Source: Dehalococcoidia bacterium (lineage in GTDB: Bacteria > Chloroflexota > Dehalococcoidia > Lucifugimonadales > Lucifugimonadaceae). From it: 64,000 bases of DNA. The notes beneath the pieces were generated by a model. That model did no database searches, was not told the DNA's origin, and saw only the letters and a list, made by a program, of their open reading frames with translations. The DNA lies in assembly GCA_034421215.1 (NCBI GenBank), contig DAOUKO010000019.1:23486-87485 (forward strand). The letters run 5' to 3'. Positions within the stretch are counted from its first letter, which is position 1. Each line of letters starts with the position of its first letter. Made by a program: the position numbers and the translations under genes. Positions 55,658 to 64,000 of this stretch are shown piece after piece.

Positions 55658-56641
55658 TTACTCGTCCTCGGAAACCAGCCCTAGCCGTTTGAGCCAACTG
55701 CCGCGCCTGGCGCCGGGCCGTCTAGCCTGGCTGTTGCCGTTGGCTCCCGCGCCCACCGGCTCTTTGCCACCCTGTTCCCTGTTCGGCGGGGTCGGCGCCT
55801 TGCCGTTGGTCAACTGTGCATTTGAACCGCCTACGCGCCGGCGTGCAGGCGTGCGCCTGAGGGGCTTCCTGTCGGCTTCGGGTGACGATCCGTTCGTCCT
55901 GGCGGACGCGGCCCTCGGTCTCCTGGCTGTAGTAGATTTCTCCGCGGACTTGACGGAGGAGGTCCTTCGCCTCGCAGTCGCAGGCTGGCGCTGCGTTCGA
56001 GTCCCCTTGTCCTCTCCGTTGGGAGACGACGCCTCATCCTTAATCTCCGGCTTGACGGCCGACTTGGCAATCGACTTCGCACGTGTGCGCGTCATCCAAA
56101 GACCGGTGAAGAAAGTCTTCGTCAACTTCAGGTGAAGGTCGGCGACACGCGAGGCCTCTGAGGAGATGTTCGATTCGAACGCTGCGACCTCCACCTGCTT
56201 GCCGCGGTCCTTTACCGCCTGTATGGCCGGGTAAAAGTCACCGTCGCCGCTTACCAGGATCGCGGTGTCGTACTGGTCCTGGTAGGCCCGCACGACCAGG
56301 TCGGTCGCTAGCATCACGTCAACACCTTTTTCGACCACCTGGTCGCGGCGTTGCTTGGCGATACCCAGCCGGACCTCGACGTACGGGGTGTCGTACAGGG
56401 AATGGAGGAAGCGGTCCTGGTCTGCCCGGCCGTCGGGACGGTCGGATTCCTGCCGGATGTTGTAGTAGTAGATTCGTCTGAGGTCGCGGCCGTTGGCTAG
56501 TTTCCTTGCCAATTTGTCGAACTGGACGTCGTGTCTGGAGCAATTCTGGTCTAGTACGTGGTAGAGGTTGCTCCCATCGATGAAAACCATAACGCGCTGG
56601 TCGGCGTTATCTGGGATGGATGTGGTTGTCTTAGACGGCAT
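55658..56641 (-). CDS. NYN-domain (LabA-like) predicted RNase with long Arg/Ser/Thr-rich disordered tail
   Basis: RVMVFIDGSNLYH, GVDVMLATDLV and AILVSGDGDFYPAIQAVKDRGKQVEV are NYN motifs. The last ~150 aa are low-complexity and basic. Confidence 0.8.
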   Translation of the reverse strand: MPSKTTTSIPDNADQRVMVFIDGSNLYHVLDQNCSRHDVQFDKLARKLANGRDLRRIYYYNIRQESDRPDGRADQDRFLHSLYDTPYVEVRLGIAKQRRDQVVEKGVDVMLATDLVVRAYQDQYDTAILVSGDGDFYPAIQAVKDRGKQVEVAAFESNISSEASRVADLHLKLTKTFFTGLWMTRTRAKSIAKSAVKPEIKDEASSPNGEDKGTRTQRQPATARRRTSSVKSAEKSTTARRPRAASARTNGSSPEADRKPLRRTPARRRVGGSNAQLTNGKAPTPPNREQGGKEPVGAGANGNSQARRPGARRGSWLKRLGLVSEDE

Positions 56642-56954
56642 TCAGGCCTCCGGGCCCGGCAAGTGGATGTTCTCGTTACGAATCGTCAAGCAGGCGCGCC
56701 GGGCCGAAGTGGGTGATGTGATCAGGGTCGCAGCGCATACCTGACGTAGAGGCCGATAGATCAGACGAAAATGGGATATATCAATTGACTCGGCCTACAT
56801 TCACGTACATTCTACAACGTTACAGCGCAGAACACATTCGGCGCTGCGCACCTTGACTCGCGAAAGAGTCTGCCAGAGTATGTCCGGGACAATGCTCTCA
56901 GCCCTTTGCCCTGGACAGGAACAGTGAAATCGCCGGTCTTGAATCGAGGAATCT

Positions 56955-57647
56955 ATGAGACCCGTTGCAACGTTTGATCCGCCGTGCAAGCACCCGAACG
57001 GCCTTCAGTGGTCCGAAAACGAGTTGTACGTGATTGACCAGGAGTTGGACGACGTCCACGTACTGGACGATTCAGGCGCACTGGTGAGAACGATACACAC
57101 CCCCACCGAAAACGGTTCGGGAATAACGGTTGGCGGCGGGTACCTGTGGACCGCGTCGAACGGCGTCACCGCCGCCCGGCCATTCCGCTCGACCGATACC
57201 CATTTGGGTTGGATCATCAAGCTGGACCTCCAGACCGGGGACATGGTGGACCGCTTCAGGACCCCTGACGGCGGCGGCATCCACGGCATCGAGTGGGACG
57301 ATGGGAATATCTGGGTCACGCAGTTCAGCCCCAAGGCGATCTACCTCGTGGACGGCAACGACTACAGCGTGATTCATAAGTTCCCCGTCGAACTTGAACG
57401 CCTGCACGGTCTGGCCAGGGACGGTGACGGTATTTGGTGCGCGCACACCACCGACAGGGTCATCGCCCGGTACCATGTCGAGACCGGCAGGGAGTTGGAC
57501 CGGATCACGTTCGGCCCTGAAGACGCATACCCGCACGGCCTCTCAATCAAAAACGGGGAACTGTGGTATTCGGACGCCAACTTTGCCGGGAAGGCCCATA
57601 CCAGTACCATTCGCGGGTGGCCGGAAATCGGAAAGATCGCAGCGTAA
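56955..57647 (+). CDS. Beta-propeller-like protein (SMP-30/NHL/glutaminyl-cyclase-like; family uncertain)
   Basis: Repeated blade-like units (PNGLQWSENELYVIDQ, GITVGGGYLWTAS, HGIEWDDGNIWVTQ, HGLARDGDGIWCAH, HGLSIKNGELWYSD). Confidence 0.4.
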   Translation: MRPVATFDPPCKHPNGLQWSENELYVIDQELDDVHVLDDSGALVRTIHTPTENGSGITVGGGYLWTASNGVTAARPFRSTDTHLGWIIKLDLQTGDMVDRFRTPDGGGIHGIEWDDGNIWVTQFSPKAIYLVDGNDYSVIHKFPVELERLHGLARDGDGIWCAHTTDRVIARYHVETGRELDRITFGPEDAYPHGLSIKNGELWYSDANFAGKAHTSTIRGWPEIGKIAA

Positions 57648-57685
57648 CTCGCACCAGTCATTGCCAGCGGACCAAGGCACAGCAG

Positions 57686-58531
57686 ATGAATAGTTCCCCG
57701 CCTGTCGTAGACAGTCACCACCATTTCTGGGACGTCGGAAAACTCGAATATCAATGGATGCCCCCCGGGGAATCCGTCCTCAGGCGGAACTACCTGCCGG
57801 AAGACCTCGCGCCCGAGTTGGAGCAGGCCGGCGTCGACAAAACGGTGATCGTGCAGGCCCACCAGTCGGTCGAAGAGACGAGGTGGTTACTGGACATCGC
57901 CGAGAACACCGAATTCGTGGCCGGCGTGGTTGGATGGGTGGACCTCACCGCCGCAGACGTCGGCGACACCCTGGACGAACTACAGGAAAACCAGTGGTTC
58001 AAAGGCGTCCGCCACATCTGGCACGACGAACCTGACGACGACTGGCTCGCCCGGCCAGGGCCCATCAACGGGCTGCGCGAGGTAGCGGCGCGAGGGCTGG
58101 CATACGACTTCCTCGTAAGGCCGCAGCACCTGAAGTACGTACCGGAGATAATGGACAAGGTGCCGGACCTGCGGTCGGTTATCGACCACATCGCCAAGCC
58201 GCTGATTGCCGACAAAGTCGTTGAGCCGTGGCTCGAAGACCTTCGAGAAGTGGCCAATATCCCAGGAATGATGTGCAAGGTGTCCGGCATGGTCACCGAA
58301 GCCGACCTGGACAACTGGTCTCCTGACGACCTGGCGCCATACGTCGCCCACGTGCTGGGCATGTTTGGATACGACCGGCTAATGTACGGTTCCGACTGGC
58401 CGGTCTGCCGCCTGGCGGGTTCGTACCAGCAGGTGATCGGCGCGGCAAGGACGACGCTGTCCTCATTGACCTCCGAAGAGTCTGACGCAGTCTTTGGCAA
58501 CAACGCCGCGCGGTTTTACGGGTTAGACTGA
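57686..58531 (+). CDS. Amidohydrolase-2 family (lactonase-like) protein
   Basis: VVDSHHHFWD N-terminal motif and MYGSDWPVC C-terminal motif. Start taken as ATG 57686. Confidence 0.8.
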   Translation: MNSSPPVVDSHHHFWDVGKLEYQWMPPGESVLRRNYLPEDLAPELEQAGVDKTVIVQAHQSVEETRWLLDIAENTEFVAGVVGWVDLTAADVGDTLDELQENQWFKGVRHIWHDEPDDDWLARPGPINGLREVAARGLAYDFLVRPQHLKYVPEIMDKVPDLRSVIDHIAKPLIADKVVEPWLEDLREVANIPGMMCKVSGMVTEADLDNWSPDDLAPYVAHVLGMFGYDRLMYGSDWPVCRLAGSYQQVIGAARTTLSSLTSEESDAVFGNNAARFYGLD

Positions 58532-58555
58532 AGCGTCTCTCGACGCAGCCTGTCC

Positions 58556-59509
58556 ATGACCATCCAGTCCGACGCCCTCATATCCGCGCGAGCGCTAACC
58601 CGACACTATGGGAGCGTCGTCGCCCTCGATTCAGCCGATTTCACCGTCGGGCCCGGGGTAACCGGCCTACTTGGTGAAAACGGCGCCGGCAAGAGCACCG
58701 CGATCAAAATCTTCCTCGGTCTGCTCGAGCCTACGAGCGGACGCGCCGACGTGCTCGGCAGCGATCCCCGCCGGGATGTCGAGATACGCGGGAGGCTGGG
58801 GTATTCGCCGGAACACGATTGTCTGCCCACGAACGTCTCAGGGGCCGACTTCCTGACGCACATGGCGCAGGTGAGCGGCCTGCCGGCAAACCACGCCAGG
58901 TCACGCGCCGCCGACACGCTTCGGCACGTCGGACTGTTCGAGGAACGGTACCGGCCGATCAAAGAGTACTCCACCGGCATGAAACAGCGGATCAAGCTGG
59001 CCCAATGCCTGGCACACGACCCCCTGTTGATACTGCTGGACGAGCCCACGGCCGGACTCGACCCGGGCGGCAGGGAGGAGATGCTCGACCTCGTACGCAA
59101 GACGTACGCGGAATTCGGCATCAGCATTTTGCTCTCCTCCCACTTAATGAACGACGTGGAAAGGACGGCCGACAGCATCATCGTCTTGAGCGAAGGACGC
59201 GTCGTCGAGGAAGGCAGGGTCTCTTCGTTCACAACCGAGACAGAATCGATCTACGTCGAGGTGGATGAAAACCAGCAGGAATTCATTTCCGCTCTCGCCT
59301 CGAAAGGGATAACTGGTACTACAGAGGGCTCGACCGTCGTGATCAGGGACGTGGCCGAGGACGGCTACGACACGATCAGGGACGCCCTCGCCGAATCGGG
59401 CGCTCCGGTCCGCCGGCTCGGCCCGCGCCGTCACAGCCTGCGGGAAGTTTTTACGGACGAAGACGTTGACGCGCCGATGCCCTCCGGCGGCACGGGGGAG
59501 ACCTGTTGA
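58556..59509 (+). CDS. ABC transporter ATP-binding protein
   Basis: Walker A GENGAGKST, signature YSTGMKQR and Walker B LILLDEPTAGLD. Confidence 0.9.
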   Translation: MTIQSDALISARALTRHYGSVVALDSADFTVGPGVTGLLGENGAGKSTAIKIFLGLLEPTSGRADVLGSDPRRDVEIRGRLGYSPEHDCLPTNVSGADFLTHMAQVSGLPANHARSRAADTLRHVGLFEERYRPIKEYSTGMKQRIKLAQCLAHDPLLILLDEPTAGLDPGGREEMLDLVRKTYAEFGISILLSSHLMNDVERTADSIIVLSEGRVVEEGRVSSFTTETESIYVEVDENQQEFISALASKGITGTTEGSTVVIRDVAEDGYDTIRDALAESGAPVRRLGPRRHSLREVFTDEDVDAPMPSGGTGETC

Positions 59510-60411
59510 GCACGCGCCCGGTCGGCCAGGTCTTCGACATTGGTTATCAACGTTATGAGGGGCCGCGCGGAGGACGCGCCCAGGCGCGTGCCGCAATCTT
59601 CATGGACGGCGTTAAAGCGGCGCTCGGCATCGGCCGGGGCGGACGCGCGAAGATTCTCCCCTGGCTGTTCCTGATCGCAGCGATCATACCGGCATTGGTA
59701 ATGGCGTTCGTCGCCGGACTAATCGACAGGTCTGGAGTCGGTGCTGAACTGCCCACGCACTCCCAGTACTACGGGATCTCCATCTTCATACTGTTCCTGT
59801 TTGCGGCTACTGCAGGTCCCGAACTACTTTGCCCCGACAGGCGGAGCAACGTCATCAACCTCTACCTGATAAGGCCATTGACGACTGAAGACTACGTTGG
59901 CGCCAGGTGGCTTGCCTTCCTGGTCGTCATGTTGTTCGCCACCTGGCTCCCGCAGTTTGTGTTGCTGACCGGACTGGTCCTGGGCGCCCCCGAGCCGGGC
60001 GTCTACCTGCAAGATAACTGGCTCGACATTCCCAAGTTCCTGGGCGCCGGTTTTGCCATGGCCCTGTTCCTCACCACCCTTGGGTTGATGGTGGCGGCAT
60101 TTACCACCCGGGGCGGGTACGCGGCGGCATTCCTGATCGGCCTGCTAGTTATCACTACGGCCGTAGTCGGCCCGATAACCAGCGCGCCCGGCATCGATCA
60201 GGAAGTCAGGAAATTCGTCGGCCTCTTCGCCATTGCCGACATACCGCTCCAGTTGAACAACATCATCTTTGCGGAGCCCGGCGCGGACGACATAATCATT
60301 TCGACCGTGACGCGCGAATACTCCAACCTCATCCTGGTTAGCTGGTACGTCCTGTGGACAGCGGGACCCGGACTCATCCTGTTGTGGAGATACCGGAGGC
60401 TATCGGCGTGA
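59506..60411 (+). CDS. ABC-2-type transporter permease
   Basis: Multi-TM hydrophobic protein that overlaps both flanking ATPase genes by 4 nt. Confidence 0.65.
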   Translation: MSTRPVGQVFDIGYQRYEGPRGGRAQARAAIFMDGVKAALGIGRGGRAKILPWLFLIAAIIPALVMAFVAGLIDRSGVGAELPTHSQYYGISIFILFLFAATAGPELLCPDRRSNVINLYLIRPLTTEDYVGARWLAFLVVMLFATWLPQFVLLTGLVLGAPEPGVYLQDNWLDIPKFLGAGFAMALFLTTLGLMVAAFTTRGGYAAAFLIGLLVITTAVVGPITSAPGIDQEVRKFVGLFAIADIPLQLNNIIFAEPGADDIIISTVTREYSNLILVSWYVLWTAGPGLILLWRYRRLSA

Positions 60412-61367
60412 CGGACCGGTCCCACGAATCTCAGGCGAGCGCCGACGCCTCCCCGCCCGTGATCAGGGTGGACGGGGTGTCGAAGTGGTTCGGCAACGTC
60501 GTGGCGGTGAGCGACATCTCGTTCGACGTACGGCCGGGGATCACAGGTCTGCTCGGACCAAACGGCGCCGGCAAGACGACGCTGCTCCGGATGGTATGCG
60601 GCCTCGCAAGCCCGTCCGAAGGGTCCGTCACCGTGTTCGACAAACCGGCCAGGAGCGACCCGGCCTTATACGAACGCATCGGGGTGATGCGCGAGCACGA
60701 GGCGGTCTACGAGTTCCTGACAGGCCGGCAGTTTGTGGAAGTCTCGGCAAAGCTGGGGGGAGTGGGCGACATTGCCGAAGCTGCGCGCTGGGCCATCGAC
60801 GCCGTCAACCTTACGCCCGCAGCGGACCGAAAGATGGGCACGTATTCCCGCGGAATGCGTCAGCGCATGCGGCTGGCCGCGTCCATGGTCCACAATCCGG
60901 AGTTGCTCATCCTGGACGAACCGCTAAATGGCGCGGACCCGCGCCAGCGCGCCGAGTTCCAGGCCCTGCTAGGACGGATGGCCGATGAGGGTAGGACCAT
61001 CATGGTATCGTCCCACATTCTCGAAGAGGTGGAGGACCTGGCCGGAAGCGTGCTGCTCATCGTAAACGGAAAGCTGGCCGCCTCTGGCGACTACCGGGCG
61101 ATACGCGCATCGCTGAACGAAAGGCCGTACCACGTGCGGATCATCTCCGACGACCCGCGCAAGCTCGCCGCCGGCCTGGTACAGCTAGAAGCCGTAGATT
61201 CGGTGTCGCTTGATCCGAACGGCGCCCTTGTTGTGCTTTCCCGGAACGTCGGCGTGCTGCAGGCGTCGTTCGCCGGCGTCGCAAGGGACCTGGGGGTCCG
61301 CATCAGGACGTACGAGCCATTGGACGACTCGCTTGAGAGCGTGTTCGGGTACCTGGTGGAGCGTTGA
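60408..61367 (+). CDS. ABC transporter ATP-binding protein (second)
   Basis: Walker A GPNGAGKTT, signature YSRGMRQR and Walker B LLILDEPLNGAD. The GTG 60408 start overlaps the upstream TGA, with GGAGG 9 nt upstream. Confidence 0.9.
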   Translation: MTDRSHESQASADASPPVIRVDGVSKWFGNVVAVSDISFDVRPGITGLLGPNGAGKTTLLRMVCGLASPSEGSVTVFDKPARSDPALYERIGVMREHEAVYEFLTGRQFVEVSAKLGGVGDIAEAARWAIDAVNLTPAADRKMGTYSRGMRQRMRLAASMVHNPELLILDEPLNGADPRQRAEFQALLGRMADEGRTIMVSSHILEEVEDLAGSVLLIVNGKLAASGDYRAIRASLNERPYHVRIISDDPRKLAAGLVQLEAVDSVSLDPNGALVVLSRNVGVLQASFAGVARDLGVRIRTYEPLDDSLESVFGYLVER

Positions 61368-61368
61368 G

Positions 61369-62085
61369 TTGACTTCCCTCTACTTGTTATCGCTCCGGCA
61401 ACTGACCACCGTCCGGCGGCTCCTGGTGTTGGTTGTCCTGGGCATACTGCCCGTATTCGTATCTGCGCTTCTGTCCGCAACCGGCGAGTCGGACTCGTCG
61501 CTCGTCGACGGCGTCCTCCTGGGAGGCGTGATCACTGCGGCGGTCCTCCCTTTAATCACGTTGGGATTGGGAACGGCGGTGTTCGGAAACGAACTGGAAG
61601 ACAACACGCTCAGCAACCTGACGCTCAGTCCGTTTCCACGCTGGAAGATTGTGGTACCCAAAATGGCCGCCGCGCTGACGGTCGGCGTGCCCATCCTCGT
61701 GGTCAGCACTGTCGTCTCGGCGTTTATCGCGCTCGAAGGAGACGCCGCGTCGGCTATTGCGGCGGGAATCGGCGTTGGGATTGGGGTGTGCGCCTATACC
61801 GCCGTGTTCGTGTGGGCGGGCCTGATGACCACCCGGTCGCTGTGGTACGGCCTGCTCTACGTCTTCTTGTGGGAAGCGTTGTTCGCGTCGTTCGTCGACG
61901 GGGTCAAGTATCTGTCGATCGGCCAGTACACCCTCAGCCTGGTCCACGCCTTGGACGACTCCCTGCTTTCCGACCCCGGCCTGAACCTGGTCGAAGGACC
62001 GTTTGCGATAGCGGGCGCCATCGCGGTGATCGTAGTCTTCACCGCGCTAAGCGTCCGCCGGCTGCGGTACATGGACGTGCCCTGA
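61369..62085 (+). CDS. ABC-2-type transporter permease (second)
   Basis: Hydrophobic 6-TM-like protein. Start inferred at TTG 61369, 1 nt after the ATPase stop. Confidence 0.6.
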   Translation: MTSLYLLSLRQLTTVRRLLVLVVLGILPVFVSALLSATGESDSSLVDGVLLGGVITAAVLPLITLGLGTAVFGNELEDNTLSNLTLSPFPRWKIVVPKMAAALTVGVPILVVSTVVSAFIALEGDAASAIAAGIGVGIGVCAYTAVFVWAGLMTTRSLWYGLLYVFLWEALFASFVDGVKYLSIGQYTLSLVHALDDSLLSDPGLNLVEGPFAIAGAIAVIVVFTALSVRRLRYMDVP

Positions 62086-62112
62086 ACCACAGCCCGCGGC
62101 GTCCGCCCGGCG

Positions 62113-62805
62113 CTAGTGGCTGGGCTTGCCTGAACTCCAGTTCCAGTTGTCAGGCGGCCAGATGTTCACGCCGCGCCGGCCGCCGACCCGCTCGCCTGAG
62201 TACCAGTTTTCGACCGTCTTCCGCCACTCCTCGATGTGCGGCGTCTTCGTGTGATAGTCGAACGCGGCCTGGTTCACGTACACCTCGTACAGGTATAGCT
62301 CCGCCGGATTCTCTTCGTTCTGGTAAACGTCGAATCTCAGGCACCCCGGCTCCTCTCGCGTCGAACCGATCGCGTCGCCCTTGAGCGATTCGATGAAGTC
62401 GTCGACGCGTTCAGGCTTGATCGGCAGGGGCGCGTGGATTATGTGAAGGCCGCGCTCGAACGCAGGGTGTGCGATGGCGTCCGGTCGGTAGGAGTCCCAC
62501 TGCGCGTCGCCGATCGGGAACACCGGCTTGCACTTGGAGACCTGCACCGGTTCGGCGTGCATGTCTCCTGTGGCCTCCCGCCACCTGGCGTAGTGCGGCC
62601 TGGAGCGATGGTCGTCGATCGCTGCGTCGTCGTTGTACACCTCGCACAGGGCGAGGGAGGTCGGGTCGTCCATGTCCTGGACGATGTCGAACCTGCGGCA
62701 TCCCGGTTCGTTCATCACCGAACCTTCCGCATCACCGATCATCTCGACAATGAATTCATCAAGGTGCTCAGGCTTGACCTTGAGGCGGACCATCAGGATT
62801 TCCAT
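62113..62805 (-). CDS. Tandem ABM-domain (antibiotic biosynthesis monooxygenase-like, ferredoxin-fold) protein
   Basis: Two homologous halves: VRLKVKPEHLDEFIVEMIGDAEGSVMNEPGCRRFDIVQD...EVYNDDAAIDDHRSRPHYARWRE and LPIKPERVDDFIESLKGDAIGSTREEPGCLRFDVYQN...EVYVNQAAFDYHTKTPHIEEWRK. Confidence 0.7.
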   Translation of the reverse strand: MEILMVRLKVKPEHLDEFIVEMIGDAEGSVMNEPGCRRFDIVQDMDDPTSLALCEVYNDDAAIDDHRSRPHYARWREATGDMHAEPVQVSKCKPVFPIGDAQWDSYRPDAIAHPAFERGLHIIHAPLPIKPERVDDFIESLKGDAIGSTREEPGCLRFDVYQNEENPAELYLYEVYVNQAAFDYHTKTPHIEEWRKTVENWYSGERVGGRRGVNIWPPDNWNWSSGKPSH

Positions 62806-62940
62806 GTCTACTCCAGTCTCCGGAAGGGATTGGTTCGTTTTGCAGAAAATTGCGTCGTGACGCCGGCGGCAGTATACCGCGCATCCGCACGGTGATCGCG
62901 CCGCCTCGCCAGTCTGCGGGTTTGGCGAAGGATATCGCCG

Positions 62941-63687
62941 CTATCCCCTGCCGATGTACTTCTGCGTCACCGGCAGCACGATGGCTTCGAGCATGTTTGC
63001 TTCCGGCGGAAGAGTGACCATCAGCAGAACGGTGCGCGCCATTTCCTCAACCGAAATCATCGGCTCTTCATCGTCGTTTACGCCCGTCGACGATACTGTG
63101 CCCGGTCCGCGGCGTTCCACCTCCGTATTCCCCGGATGGAGACAACTGGCGGAAATTCCGAACTCCCGGCCATCGAGCGCGGTGCTCTGCGTCAGGCCCC
63201 AGATGGCGTTCTTGCTCGTCGCGTAGGGCGCAGAGTGCATCCGCGTTCGTTGGGCGGAGATGCTGCCGATATTGATGATCCGACCGCCGCCGGCGTCCTT
63301 CATGACGGCGAACGCCTCCCTGGTACACAGGAAGGGCCCGGTCACGTTGGTCTCGATCACACGGTTCCACGCCTCGGTGGACACCAGGTCCACCCGTCCG
63401 CCGTCGAACGCGCCTGAGTTGTTCACAAGGATGTCGACGCGACCCAGCTCCTCCATGGTCCTGGCAAAGAGGTTTTTGACATCGTTCTCGCTGGTAACGT
63501 CGGTGGGCACGGGGATGATTCGCGTGCCGTGCTCCGACAGTTCCACCGCGGCTTCGGCCAGACGTTCGGCGTTCCGGGACGCGATGACGACGTCGCACCC
63601 CTCGTTCGCAAATACACGGGCGATGCCCTTGCCAATGCCCGTGCCGCCGCCCGTAACGATTGCCGTTTTTCCTTCAAGTTGTCCCAT
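62941..63687 (-). CDS. Short-chain dehydrogenase/reductase (SDR)
   Basis: TAIVTGGGTGIGKGIA cofactor motif, NNSGA and YATSKNA (YxxxK). Start moved to ATG 63687. The track extension to 63864 runs through repeat copy D. Confidence 0.9.
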   Translation of the reverse strand: MGQLEGKTAIVTGGGTGIGKGIARVFANEGCDVVIASRNAERLAEAAVELSEHGTRIIPVPTDVTSENDVKNLFARTMEELGRVDILVNNSGAFDGGRVDLVSTEAWNRVIETNVTGPFLCTREAFAVMKDAGGGRIINIGSISAQRTRMHSAPYATSKNAIWGLTQSTALDGREFGISASCLHPGNTEVERRGPGTVSSTGVNDDEEPMISVEEMARTVLLMVTLPPEANMLEAIVLPVTQKYIGRG

Positions 63688-63744
63688 GTCGCTCGTTCCT
63701 GTGTGTTTCTTGTTGGAGTACGTGTTGCCCGGTTCATGCCGGGT

Positions 63745-63968
63745 ACTGCCTGATGTTACCCGCGGACGCGTCTGCCGCGCGGGTTGTGGTAGCCGCGCCC
63801 TACATGGGGTGTTGGATTGCGAGTGTGTTTGGTCGTGTCGCGGGGTTGGGTGGTAGCCGCGCACCGCGCTATGGGTACCGGATCGGGGTCCGGCACGACG
63901 AAGGGAGGGGGTCGTTAGTGGTTATCGTCTTCCCCTACTCAGATCGGTGACGATTCCTTTCATAGTCT
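63745..63968 (+). repeat. Structured intergenic repeat, copy D
   Basis: GTTTGGTCGTGTCGCGGGGTTGGGTGGTAGCCGCGC...ATGGGTACCGGATCGGGGTCCGGCACGACG...CCTTTCATAGTC. It has an internal duplication of the GGTTG(T/G)GGTAGCCGCGC word. The left boundary is uncertain. Confidence 0.6.
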
Positions 63969-64000
63969 TCGCCGGCATCCTACACCTCGTCTTCCCCGAC

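Overview
This is a visibly GC-rich bacterial chromosomal segment. I saw no rRNA, tRNA or CRISPR array. Most of it is housekeeping and catabolic genes. Housekeeping: RNase P RNA (rnpB), ftsZ, mutS2, an fmt-like formyltransferase, pyrF, a complete F1Fo ATP synthase operon (atpZ-B-E-F-H-A-G-D-C), rex, ilvD and an M1 aminopeptidase. Catabolic: an enolase-superfamily dehydratase, a TPP enzyme, a penicillin-acylase-family amidase, a MaoC hydratase, a family III CoA-transferase, a Cys-type sulfatase, a luciferase-like monooxygenase, several amidohydrolases, an SDR and a tandem ABM protein. This gene mix is reminiscent of marine Chloroflexota (SAR202-like), but that is inference only; no search was possible. 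The items most worth follow-up are: (1) a family of about 135-nt structured intergenic repeats, five copies all on the + strand, three of which bracket a 2-hydroxyacid dehydrogenase gene; (2) a minus-strand NYN RNase / small protein / DTGF retropepsin-like protease gene string, plus a second solitary retropepsin-like gene next to rnpB; (3) a large-serine-recombinase-like gene with a non-canonical catalytic N-terminus, wedged between a COG1579 zinc-ribbon gene and rnpB; (4) an AT-richer hicBA cassette flanked by a 22-bp direct repeat that duplicates the 3' end of atpC; (5) an AT-richer methyltransferase plus putative endonuclease (R-M-like) islet next to a lipoprotein serpin; (6) an ATP synthase a-subunit with an acidic loop insertion of about 130 aa. 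All coordinates of RNA elements, repeats and revised start codons are by-eye estimates. GC statements are visual and were not computed.
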